Of a DNA stretch of 64,000 nucleotides, positions 25,418-36,583 are shown one piece after another (within the stretch, counting starts at the first letter, position 1; each line of letters begins with the position of its first letter). A model generated the notes under the pieces. It searched no databases, was not told the origin of the DNA, and worked only from the letters and a program-made list of their open reading frames with translations. The translations under genes were made by a program, and so were the position numbers. The stretch is from assembly GCA_965649825.1 (NCBI GenBank), contig OZ287696.1:353101-417100 (forward strand), given 5' to 3'. This DNA comes from Penicillus capitatus (Eukaryota; Plantae; Chlorophyta).

Positions 25418-28400
25418 TCATCCATCCCGTTCGCACGCATCGCAGAACCATTCACCTGGACGACAGTCATGGGGAAGATGGTGAGTGAAACATACCGGAT
25501 AGGGACGTCTTGTATGAGATGCATGCTAGGTGATAGAGTTGGCGGCATCCATGACACGAGATGAATTTTCCTGTCTTGTGGCAGATCTCACAGATACGTC
25601 GACGTGGCCGGGCGACGCTTTGGATAACGATCGATTTGCCTCTGGACTCTGTCGTCAGTGGATCCGAATCTGACAGAAGAATCTTCTTTGGACAGAAGAG
25701 CAGAAAGGAGGGAGAAATGCACTGCTGGTGACAAAGGAAGATTCGTAGCCGCTCTGTGCAGAAAACGGAGTGGCGGTGTTGCTTGGGGTCCACTGCGTGG
25801 TTCTCCTGTAACGAATGGACGTCACAGGAGTGGACGGTTCGCTCGGCAACGAGCGGTATATCTCCATCATATTCACGGAATCGTGCCTATTGTCACCACA
25901 GGCGTCAAGAGCAGGAATACATAGATACAGCAGACGCACGGTATGGACTCCGAGTCATCGATGAAAAGCTCGAGCTCTTTGAGCATGTGTTCTTCGTCAT
26001 CGTCTTCAGTGTCACTGCTCTGATCTTCAGATCCAGAAACAACGGCATCCAAATCCAAGAAATCTTCTATTCGCTGTGCAACGTTTTCTTTTCTACTAGC
26101 AGCGAACCGGATGGATGGACAGGGAGCGCAGGGGCAATGTCCTTCGTACTTGTTTGCATCACTTGCGGGCACTCGCGTTCTATGAATTTCGGGCGAACCT
26201 TTCTTTGAAGCTGTGGAATCGTCGTCGCATAGAACTAAGCAGGAAGCATGGATCAGGGGTGGAGGAGTTACTGCCGAATGACTGCCTTTCTGCTTCTGTA
26301 CACGACGACGTGGTATAACGACTGCAGAGTGTACAGAAACGGCATCGAGTGATATTCTTTCCTTTTCTGTCACAAGATTCTCTTTGCTGGATCGTGTGAG
26401 AGGATCAGGGAGTTGCCCTGTTTTATTAACATCTGTAACAAACAGCAGCCGTTTAGCGCTGTCGTGGACATAATTGAGATTAAATTGAATGAAAGCTCTC
26501 ACTGTTTAATGCGTTACTGTCATTTTTGTCTGCGATCGTTGGTTGCTTGTCCGACGCTTCTTTCTTCGCAGAAGAATCATCTGCGAGAAACACAGCTCGC
26601 GTGATGTCCGAGATCACACAGGCCTTCTCAGCAGCTGAACGCTGGTGCTGTTGCGCAGACTGTGTTTGAGACGGCATTGTATGGACGCTTCCTTTGTCGC
26701 TCTCAGCTGTCTTGTTGCTGGACGATGCTGGAGGTCTGATCGCAGGAAGTGTCAGGGATGACAAAAACGAGGGTTTCTTGGCTTGGCGACGTTTCTTGGG
26801 AACCCAGGCATTATCTGATGCGCTCTCATGAGAGGCGACAACTCTCTGCGCTGTCTCCATCTTTTCAGATGACGCCTTTTGTACCGGATTTGCTGCAAGA
26901 GCCGCCATCTCGACACAAGGTGCTTTCTGGACCTCAATGACTTCTGCTTTTTCCGGACAGGACAGAGCTCGAGCAGCTATCTCTTTATTTCCAGGAGTAC
27001 TGGGTGCTCCTAACACCTCTTCTGTTACTTCCTTTTTCTCAACTGCGAGGGGCTTTGAAGGAGGTGCTTCAGACGAGAGCTCTGGCTTTGATGCAGCTGT
27101 TTTCTTATCAATCATTTTTGTCGCCAAGACAAAGCTGTCAAGTTTCGGCTGTTTAAGATCGGCATTGCCGATCACAGATCCCTGTCTTTTTTTGGAACCC
27201 TTTCCAACATCCTAAAAAGCGATACTTCCAAGAGGATTTCTGCACATCTCTCACTTTGGGATGGGTGGTCTCCATATGCAGCATCACCATCTCTGGCTGA
27301 AATTCTGAAGGGATCATTCTTGGGCTTGCCTCGTACATCTCAAAATGGAACATAGCTCTCCTTAGTAGCGTCTTGATGTAGCCAGATTCATTGTTGTTCT
27401 TGTCGAATTTGCGTCTTTCTTTGCCTTCTGCTAAGAGATAAACAACGCGTCCCTCTTTGTGTCGACCCGTGCGGCCCATGCGCTGCGTATCCCTCAAGGG
27501 AGAGGCAGCTCCATCGAAGCACACAATCAACTGAACTTCTGGGATATCCAGACCCTCCTCTGCAATACAGGTGGCCACGAGGACGTTGAAATTTCCCTCC
27601 CTAAACTCGGTCAAAACGCGTTTCTGTTCATTCTGTGTCATCTTGAGCTTCCCAGAAGATGCTCCCGATCCTTGGCCGATAAACCATCTGCATCAACGAA
27701 CATTGAATCGGGCAACAAACGGCGGAGGTCTTTAGACTTCGCCTTAATAGAAGGGTGCTTGTTGCGCTCCAATGTTTCCACGATGTCAAAGACTGTATCC
27801 CTTAAGCTGGTGAACACAATGACTCGACTGTTGGGTCCCTCGGATGCAAAGTGTTCGTTAAGCACTTCCATCAGTTTTTGCAGTTTCGGATGTTCGTACT
27901 GCATAGAAACCAAACTCTTCAACTGCTCCTTCAGCTATGAGTGCATCGCAGCGTTCATTGATCAGGAAAGAGTTAAAGATCTCAGACCTTTCCAAAATTT
28001 GAGCACTTGTTCTGTATTTCTCGAAGCCATGGTTTGTCTTTCATGGAAGATTCGATGAATTCGAGGGCCATACGAATCCCACAGTCTAGGTTCTCGCTCA
28101 AGGAAGTCAAGAAGATGCCCTGTGCATGTCATGTCATCCACATCTCCCAGATGATAGAAGTGCGCGAGTGACTTGGTTAAAGAGCGTCGTCAGTCGATTG
28201 CCATCACGAAATTGCCTGCTCTGCAGTTTGAATCTTTGCAAGGAGGTCAACAATCCGTAACGCGTGACACTTTCCACTGTGGCCACCGATAGCACCTAGA
28301 CAAAGATGTTACCATTTGTGCTTTCTCTCCAGACAGGCACCTTAGCGTTTAGAAGAGGCTGGATCACTTCTTCCAATACAGAATACAGTAGTTGATAACA

Positions 28401-29362
28401 TGTCGCCATTTCCGGCTGCGAATGCACAGTAAGAGTCTCCACGGCTTTGTCATGTGTATGTTTGCAGATCTCGGGATCGCTCTCGTCTCTGAATTCTACT
28501 GTTTTGATCATCAAGTTACGAATCATTTCCTTGCATAACACCACACGACAGATCTCACGACATCTTCACGTAAATGCAGCACACCTGAATGCTACTCTGT
28601 GTTCTTCCTGGTGTGGCACTCAGACCCAGTACACGAAATTGCACTCCAGTAGATTGCAGAAATCCCATGGCCTTCACCGTTGCGTAGTTGCCTGTGCTTT
28701 TATGACACTCATCAACCACCACGCAAACAAACTCCATAGGAGACATGACGCCTATACAGAGATGTATTCGACACTGTGAATATCTCCTCTTCTTTACCTT
28801 GGAGGAGATCTTTCTCGAAAATCTGAGGAGTGCAGAAAAAGACGCGTTTCTGATGCCACAAGCTTTTCCGAATCTCCGGCTTCTGTTTTCCCGTCATCTC
28901 CGCTGTGTCGGACTAACCCAATGAAATGACAGGCGCTGTTCTAGTGTATTGGATCAAGTGACAGAAGCGCACCTGTTTCATGCAGACTTGGTAGAGACAT
29001 GCCTCGCGTTGTTGATCGACAAGCGGCTTCGTTGGTGCCAAGAAGACGATTTTCCCCTTCAGTCACATCAGCATACACACCATGATTTGACAGGTCACAC
29101 ACCTTTGGAAACCAATTATAGAAGTTGTACATGACGACTGCGGCGATCAGGGTCTTCCCGAGTCCCGTCGGCAGACAGACAAGGGTATTCTCAAACAAGG
29201 CTGTTCGTACGATGTCGATTTGATATTGACGCGCTGGAACGTTCTTGGGATAGAACCAAGTCGCTGCTTTCTCCCTAAATCGCAAAGCCGTCTCCAGAAG
29301 ACTGGATAGTTGGTGAAACACGTGTCGATCTCGATGGTGTGAGAAAGCGAAGAGGAATTCAT
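25418..29362 (-). CDS. FANCM: FANCM/Mph1 DEAH helicase with a C-terminal PHD finger, multi-exon
   Basis: [98 protein letters not shown] and QRMGRTGR. Downstream come the plant-FANCM-like [21 protein letters not shown] motif and a Cys4-His-Cys3 finger. Confidence 0.9.
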
Positions 29363-30335
29363 CGCGAACGTGGCGAATCGCTTTCAGTTGCCAGATTCTC
29401 GAACGAAAGCTTGCTCGAATTCCTTGTATGCGACATCGACGTCGACGATGTGACGGTTTATACGTGCACGTGATCAAACGGAGGGTAATGAGAGTCTCTT
29501 TAGTCACATGACAGATAGAGCATCGTTCTGGATAGCCGTTTTTCCTACTGTATTCTTGTTCTGTCTGCTAAGATATCTCATCCTCTGCATTCTCGTGGGT
29601 CCATTTGAATCTTTATGAAAAACCGCATCTGTCATTGAAACGCGTCAGGTCATTACCTTGCTTCAGTTTGTGTTTTTGTGCGGGGTATGCTAACGTGAGT
29701 GTCAAGATCATGATTCATGAATGCCATATCACAACATGACAAGCAGCAAGCATGATCTCGGGATGAATAGACGGTGTAGCTCAACAGATGTGTTATTCTG
29801 GGTACGTCTCGGCGTGTGTTGTTTTTATGCGCACGAACATATAATAGATAGTCATTGGGTCTCAGTGAACGAGTCTATCTACCTATCTCATCGTTTGCGG
29901 CAGCACTGTAGACTTGGATGCCGATAAATGGGAATGTCTCTTCGAATAGAAGGTTGGAATTTGTCTATTCCATCACGTTAGCTGTGCAGAATTATCCTTT
30001 TTGCCGCAGCGCATACCACGAAAGAACGAGAATCGTCGTAAAAGGTTCAGAATCTCCAAAAACTGCACAGGCATGAATGGCGCTGAACATGTCTACTTCA
30101 CTATTTCCTTTTTTAGAGATGTACCGTACTTGCAATAAGCATCTAGAGGAGAACGCCTAAGTGACAAACAGCGGTACCATTAGAGCTTCCCTTTAACAAA
30201 GCATCGATTTTTGGCGACCCGACACGTGGGCGGCGTTTGAATGGCGCATGGACTCATTGAGTATCTGACAGAGATTGATTTGTCGACCGCGCTTGTTTCT
30301 GACTAACCGTGCTCGAGTTCTCCGGAGTAAACACG

Positions 30336-30962
30336 ATGAAGTTCTTTTTCAGTGTTTTGCTTCTCGCGACAGCGAGCGTCATGACGGATGCAAAGGCTAT
30401 TCCTTTTAAGACGTGCGAAAAACCAGCCTTCATACCACGTTACGTCTCTATCGATCCTTTTCCGCCAAAAGCTGGGGGAACGTTGAAAATTACATTCAAA
30501 GGCCCTGGAAGTTCGTCTCTCATTCTTCTAAGATCGCACGTTTACCTCGCCACTTGTGTTTGAAGAGGTCGCTGCAGAAGGGGGAATATTCTCGTACAAG
30601 ATATGGTACTCGGTGAAAGTATTGGGAATTCAAAAGTGGGTTGAACTAGATGGTGGAAAAGGGGATATTTGCAAGTACACGAAATGTCCCATCAAGAAAG
30701 GGTATGTCACTGTGAAGTATAGTCGAAACTTGCCATCCATAATGCCTCCGGTACATTGCTACCAATCAAACCTCGAACCTCTGTCGGCAGCCAATGCATA
30801 CAGGGTAACTACAGAATCAGAGTCGAAGCGAAGGACTTGGACGATGGGTTACTAATGTGCGTGGAGCTACACGTGGACATTAAAGCAGCCATTGTCGAAG
30901 GAGAAGGATCAGTCGTCTACGACATTCCAGTCCTCTTGGATCCGTATCCGGTGGAAGTTTAG
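30336..30962 (+). CDS. Secreted MD-2-related lipid-recognition (ML/NPC2-like) protein 1, 3 exons
   Basis: Signal peptide MKFFFSVLLLATASV, then FKTCEKP..VSIDPFPPKAG, GDICKYTKCPIKKG, LPSIMPP-GNYRIRVEA and LMCV, the typical ML cysteine pattern. Confidence 0.8.
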
Positions 30963-31240
30963 TCGTCGATGCTGGCCAACAGACAGATCCTGCGCTGCGC
31001 AACCGGAACACCTACTTAGGCGATTGTCTTGAGGATCTTGGTGGGTTACGGCCAGTGGCTTCTAACCCGTTGCTACACGTTAGATTTCACCTTTGTACGG
31101 ACGGTGTCTGTCAGTAACATGTGTTTGTCGAACCTAAATGGCAACGACATAATTGATCTGATGCATTCGATTATTAACACTCCGAAGAAGATGGAACATC
31201 ATATCCTCTTATGGGATGCTGCTTTAAATGACGGCCTGAT

Positions 31241-31793
31241 ATGAAGATACTAGTGTTTTGCTTTCTCTGCCTCATGGCAGTTTCGATGGCACTTCGTCCT
31301 CCCTTTGAAATCTGCGAGAGTCCGGCGTTCGTTCCGCGGCGCGTTTCGGTACGTCATGTTCAGTATGGCACGGGCAGTCGTCTCGTCGTTCGAATCCGAT
31401 GCAACTCGGGTCTGTCTTTGCATCGCTTGTATCAGATCAGCGAACAGCAGGATAGTGTCCCCTCGGATGTTTGAAGAGGTGACAGGAGCGGGAGGTACGG
31501 TGCAGCTGAAGATCTCGGCACATATGCAGACCTTGTTTGGATCCACCCACATTCCTATTGGTCACGAAGATGGCGATCTCTGCGACTGCACAAGGTGTCC
31601 ACTGACACCGGGCTATCTCGTCGTTCGCCAATGCAAAGACTTCCCCATTGTTTTGCCTTCGGTGATCGACGATCTTCTAATTTCTTGTCGTCTTCATGGA
31701 TTGCTTTGATAGGGGATCTATGAAATCAAGATGCTTGCAATGGACATTGATGGCAACACTTTGTTTTGCATTACGGCAGAAGTCAAACTGTAG
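31241..31793 (+). CDS. Secreted ML-domain protein 2, divergent tandem paralog, 3 exons
   Basis: Signal peptide MKILVFCFLCLMAVSMA, then FEICESPAFVP, GDLCDCTRCPL, FPIVLPS-GIYEIKM and LFCI. Intron positions and the TGTTTGAAG|AGGT acceptor are shared with ML protein 1. Confidence 0.75.
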
Positions 31794-33351
31794 ATCCTTT
31801 GTTTCTCCGACCGACTCCACGTGGACACGCGCGCTCTTCAACAAGACAATAATGTTTGTCACGTTATTCGTCATGCGCAGCTTCTTAAGTTTTTTTGAGG
31901 TTTTGCTAAGAATTCGCTACCTTGCCCGAAAAGGATGTACAGCAAAGCATACTTTGTGTAGTACACATATCGCACCCGGGTCCAGATTTTTCTTCTCTAA
32001 TGGTCTGACTAAAACCAAATGTTGCTGTTGTGAACGACAGACTCCCGTGGATGACAAAGGACGAAAAGGCAGTCTATCTCAAGGACACTCCTGCGTCAAG
32101 GAGCAATATGAAGTCCATCGAACGGAAGAAGGAAAAGAGTTGGAGAGTCAACAGCAGAAGACAGAACAATCAGTAAACAAACTCACAACCTAAAGAACAA
32201 CTAAGTACGCGGTGCTGCTCCGGGAACCAAGTAGCCCTCCAGAGCTTCAAGCAGAATTTCGCCACGAGCTTCTGATAACCGAGGAGCTCTAGTAGCTCTG
32301 CCACAAGCTTTAATCCGTAGCTGCTTGATCCTCGGGTCCTCTACACTTTAGCTAATCGAACCTCCGGCTTGTCACTGTGACGGTGCGCCCGCCATCGCCT
32401 CGGGTCTTCTGGCAAAGGACGCTGCCGTCGCGGCAACCGTCCCTGTGGCGACACGCCAGCGGAGGGTCATCGGAATATGCGTGACGGAGGCATGAGAAGA
32501 CTTACGTGATGACGTGACGTACCTTTCTCTGGGGTACTTAAGCGAGAACTGAGACGCTGTATTCGTCTAGCTATGTAATTACTACATTGCCGACGGAGTT
32601 TCCCAGCGCGACTCGCCATCCGGCCCGGACTCGACCGACAGGTCGACGTTCACATTCACATTCGCTAAATAAATGGAAATTAACGGTCCTTTCCGATCTT
32701 CGGACTCTTGAAAAACTGTTCGAGCTTACGTTTGATTGCACACAAGAGCGCGACACAGCTCAACTAACGCCCTATCATCAGTCATGCTACAGCACTTCAT
32801 CCAGAAACTCAGAGAGCCTTCGTGTCACCGTAACACTTTCTTTAACATGCTCTATGCTTCACAGTCACCGTCCTCTGCCATCCGACCATGACCATCTCAT
32901 TCGATTCTGTTAGGATCCATTGTGTCGGCGAAAGGCCTGAGAGCCTCACGGCCAAACGACAAGAAGAACAGGCCTGTGTTACAACAGCATCGGCACGTCG
33001 TTTCATAGATTAACATCGCGTCAATCAAAACTGACGTTTTCTAATGTAACAATTACCGATGGCAATTAGGTAAGCTGAGAGTTGACGGATGGGAGAAGAC
33101 GCGCGCGACCGTAAACCCTTACACAGAAGACGAGCACGCAGCACCTCAGGTTATCAAGGTCACGTCAATAATGGTTCTGAATTAGAAGACTAGACGCATT
33201 ACCTTTTGTCTGCAAAAAATTCTCAAGTTCTGCGCTCTTACGCTCACCCTGCAAGACGACAACACCCAACGCTTTCTCCTTGCGCCCGACCTGAAGACAG
33301 TGTGTCTAATCGCTGTTTGTTGCTGTCGCCATTCAGCTGCAAACCGCTGGA

Positions 33352-35434
33352 ATGATGATGGAAACGGAGATTGGTGCGTCTCGCTCTCGCAGGAAAACAA
33401 TCTGGGGTTTCATCATTTTCGCCACGTTGTTCGTTTTCTGCACTGAACAGGTAAACTCGAGAATAACAGCAACTGTATCACAGTGCGACAGACAGATCCG
33501 ATCAGATATATCGTTTTAGGTTACACGCAAATTATTAGTAAGGCCAGTTGCGGAGCCATCCTATCTTAAACAAACCTCATCTCTGCGAACGGCGCACAGC
33601 ACGCAGACATCCGACGTCGAAGAAGTTTGTCGGACGTTCGATAGCTGATTGCACGAACGTTGGTTTTGTTGCACAGACAAACTCTTCTTCTGATAACGAA
33701 GGCTCGTCTGACGGTTTACAGGTAATTCGATGATTCTGGAGCGTAAGTTTCAGCATCGGTGGCTGTAGTCGACAGATCATGAGTCCATGGCCGAGAAGAG
33801 TAAAGATAACAACACAAGAGTGGCGTTTATGTATGTAGCTCTCGGGGATATCCACAACGAACCTATCTGGAGAGCATTCTTTGAAGCAGCAGGTATGTCA
33901 CATCACCTGAAGCCATCTAATCATATCGCCATCTTTCAAGGAAGACTTGAGTTCCGATACGAGTTTCCGCCACTCCCCGACGTGGACTTCACAGAAGGAG
34001 AGGGAAGGGAACAGTTTGACAGGATCAAGAATGAGGTGTTGCCCTGTTACATGATTGATCCCTATCCTGACTAAAGGAACTGGTAACAGTTGATGAGGCG
34101 ATCCCTGCGTCAAGACAAAGCCCCCATTCGAACGATCGGATGTGAAGATGAATCTGAGCACGTCAAGGACGAAATGGACAGAATATTAAGAGGTAATGCT
34201 GGAGACTCTCGTCTATGTCGCTCAGGATTGCTGCGCGACAGCTTCCACAGATTTTCGGGGCGTCATCTCGAAGCAGAGGCTCTTCACAGTCTATACACAT
34301 CCTACGAAGGATTTTCTGTACCCGGAGACGAGTATATTTCACGGGACAGAGATCACAGAACGAGTGAATTTGACGAATTCATGGGCCAGTCCCACTGTAG
34401 TGCACGCCGAAGTCAATCTCATTCGAGCGGCCCTAGCGGACGGACGTAACAAGTGCAGGAGACCACACATCGCTTTGTCGTCTCTTTATTCTTTGTTGCT
34501 AGAAAGTTCGTGTTGTTCTCCGAATCGTGCGTTCCTCTTTACAAACCAGAGGTCGTCTACCTAAATCTCATCTCAGAGAAAAAGAGTCGAATCGATGCTT
34601 GCAAGTCTGAGTCTCTGGAGATATTCATGAATAGGTATGCCATCTGATTGGTACATGATACACTGCATGTCTTGTCAGGTATGACGAACGCATGGCCACC
34701 CATTACTTCAACGAGACGTCGTGGCGAAAAACGAGTCAATGGAAGTGCTTGACACGATCTCACGCCGAACTTGTGATCGAGGATGAACATTTGTTCGAGC
34801 GTTTCGATAATTACTGTCTTCCAACGGAACACTTCTGTGATGCAGAAGAAAGCTACATTGCATCACTTCTCGCAGTCCATGGACGGGACAACGAGGTCGG
34901 CACGCTGTTTTGATCAACCTCCTCTTTGAATCTCGTGTCTTAGACGGACTGCATTGGAAGAGTCACCCAGAATTGGTGGAAAAAGGGAGGAGGCCCACAT
35001 CCATTGTCATTTTCTCCCACTGATGTTCACATTAATCTCTTTAAAGGGTACCACCTATTTTATCTCATCTCGTCAGATCTGAGCCTTTTTCCGTTTCCAG
35101 GCTGAGAGGAGATGAGTCTTCTTGCCCTGGTCTACTGGCACAGGCATCAACACAATTCTTTTTCGCTGACAAAGTTCATCAGAGTCATTGTGTCACATAC
35201 AGCACTGCGCATATCGTCTTCACTCTTCCACAACACATCGATGAATGGGTACTGTTTCGGCAGCAACGTCTGCTGTCTAACATTTTCCCTGGCGATCAGA
35301 TCACGACGAGTGGTTATCAACCATTGGGTCAGCACTGTCCTTTGTTTGCCAGAAAGTTTCCAAAAGAGTCTGTCATGCCAACCCTCGAGGTATCTCTATC
35401 CTGTGATGGCGTCGGATTAGGATACTGGTGCTAA
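33352..35434 (+). CDS. Core-2/I-branching (GT14-like, DUF266/BC10-type) glycosyltransferase, type II membrane protein, multi-exon
   Basis: N-terminal anchor RRKTIWGFIIFATLFVFC, then RVAFMY..EPIWRAFF, LFTVYTHP, WASPTVVHAEVNLIRAAL, FVLFSESCVPLY, SQWKCLTRSHA, AEESYIASLL and C-terminal CPLFARKF. The start codon is tentative. Confidence 0.8.
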
Positions 35435-35925
35435 GATTTTGATCCAAATCACTGAATCAACTCAACCCATTCTTCGATGCTTTTCTATCACCTTTAAATG
35501 CGTTAGCAGGAATTTGTTTTTCTTTGTATGTTGGCTATTCACTGGCAAAGTCTGTTGTTGCGTTTGTTAATAAACCTGTTCATCTCGACGTTGTCTCTAT
35601 GACCTCTCAGAATGGAATGATAATCGTAATGCTGAGTGTTGTTGTGTCCGCCTTGGAAAGATGGCGGGGCCGTCATTGCTCAGATGAGTCTTCCATTCGG
35701 CTGTTGTCACAGACAATGCGCGGGTATTTACGGACAGAGACATTCAAGACTGGTGCTAACACCATCGAGTATCACACTTGGAGACAATCCCTCTGAGTCC
35801 ACTCTGAGCAATCGTGAGATGAGGCTCCCTTTTAGACAATGAAATTTCATGGGCAAAAAATTGTCTTTCGTTTGATATTAAGACAGCAGTTGAGAAAACA
35901 GTGGTTTGCAGATTCCTTCTTGTGA

Positions 35926-35955
35926 GTTATCTGTGTGAAAGTTATCTGTGTGAAA
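35926..35955. repeat. Perfect 15-bp tandem duplication (GTTATCTGTGTGAAA x2)
   Basis: Read directly at 35926-35940 and 35941-35955. Confidence 0.9.
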
Positions 35956-35966
35956 ATAACAAAGCT

Positions 35967-36518
35967 TCAAGGAGCCTTAATAATAGTGATCACTGACGCA
36001 TCAATCATTTGTCGGAAGACGTCAGTTATCGATCTGAAAGACACGAGACGATTCTGAGTTGATCCTCTTCTCTGTAGAATGATGAAGTTTCTGTAACCTT
36101 CTGCTCTTCGAAGAAAAACAATTAAAGCTCCACGATGCCAGAAACGCGAAAAGAGCGATGAACGATGACGTTGATCTTTTCCTTTGGTACGTACATCTCC
36201 TCGGTAACTCTCGGAAAAGAAGGCCAGAGAAGATGATAGAGAAAGAAGCAATCCCTTAGAATTCTGTATTCGCCGGTGGACATGAAAATTGAGCATACAC
36301 TCTTCTACAGATGTACCCTTCGGGGGAAATGGTATCCGCTGCAGCCCGTTTGATCCAGAACAATCCATGGATTTCACTGTTTCCTGCGATGGCCCTCCGA
36401 GAATCGGTTGCCGAAGTGTATGTGCGTTTGGATCCGTGTCGCGGTGCTCGTCCGGACTAAACAGTTGTCTTTCAGAAGACAGTTGATGGGGTACACGTTT
36501 TGAACACTGTGAAGGCAT
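35967..36518 (-). CDS. Hypothetical protein immediately downstream of TOR
   Basis: 183-codon ATG-initiated ORF starting 65 nt after the TOR stop. No recognisable domain; may be spliced. Confidence 0.3.
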   Translation of the reverse strand: MPSQCSKRVPHQLSSERQLFSPDEHRDTDPNAHTLRQPILGGPSQETVKSMDCSGSNGLQRIPFPPKGTSVEECMLNFHVHRRIQNSKGLLLSLSSSLAFFSESYRGDVRTKGKDQRHRSSLFSRFWHRGALIVFLRRAEGYRNFIILQRRGSTQNRLVSFRSITDVFRQMIDASVITIIKAP

Positions 36519-36583
36519 TCGTGGGATCTAACTGGTTGACGGAGCAGCAAAAAACGCATTTGCCATTGCTCGACTTCGTGTTC

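Noticed and set aside
31696-32193. 165-aa plus-strand ORF
   Set aside because: It starts at a non-ATG codon inside the ML2 gene, has no motif, and runs through probable 3' UTR.
32925-32960. Hammerhead-like string GAAAGGCCTGAGAGCCTCACGGCCAAAC
   Set aside because: It lacks the full CUGANGA and GAAA core in the correct order; only a small hairpin is supported.
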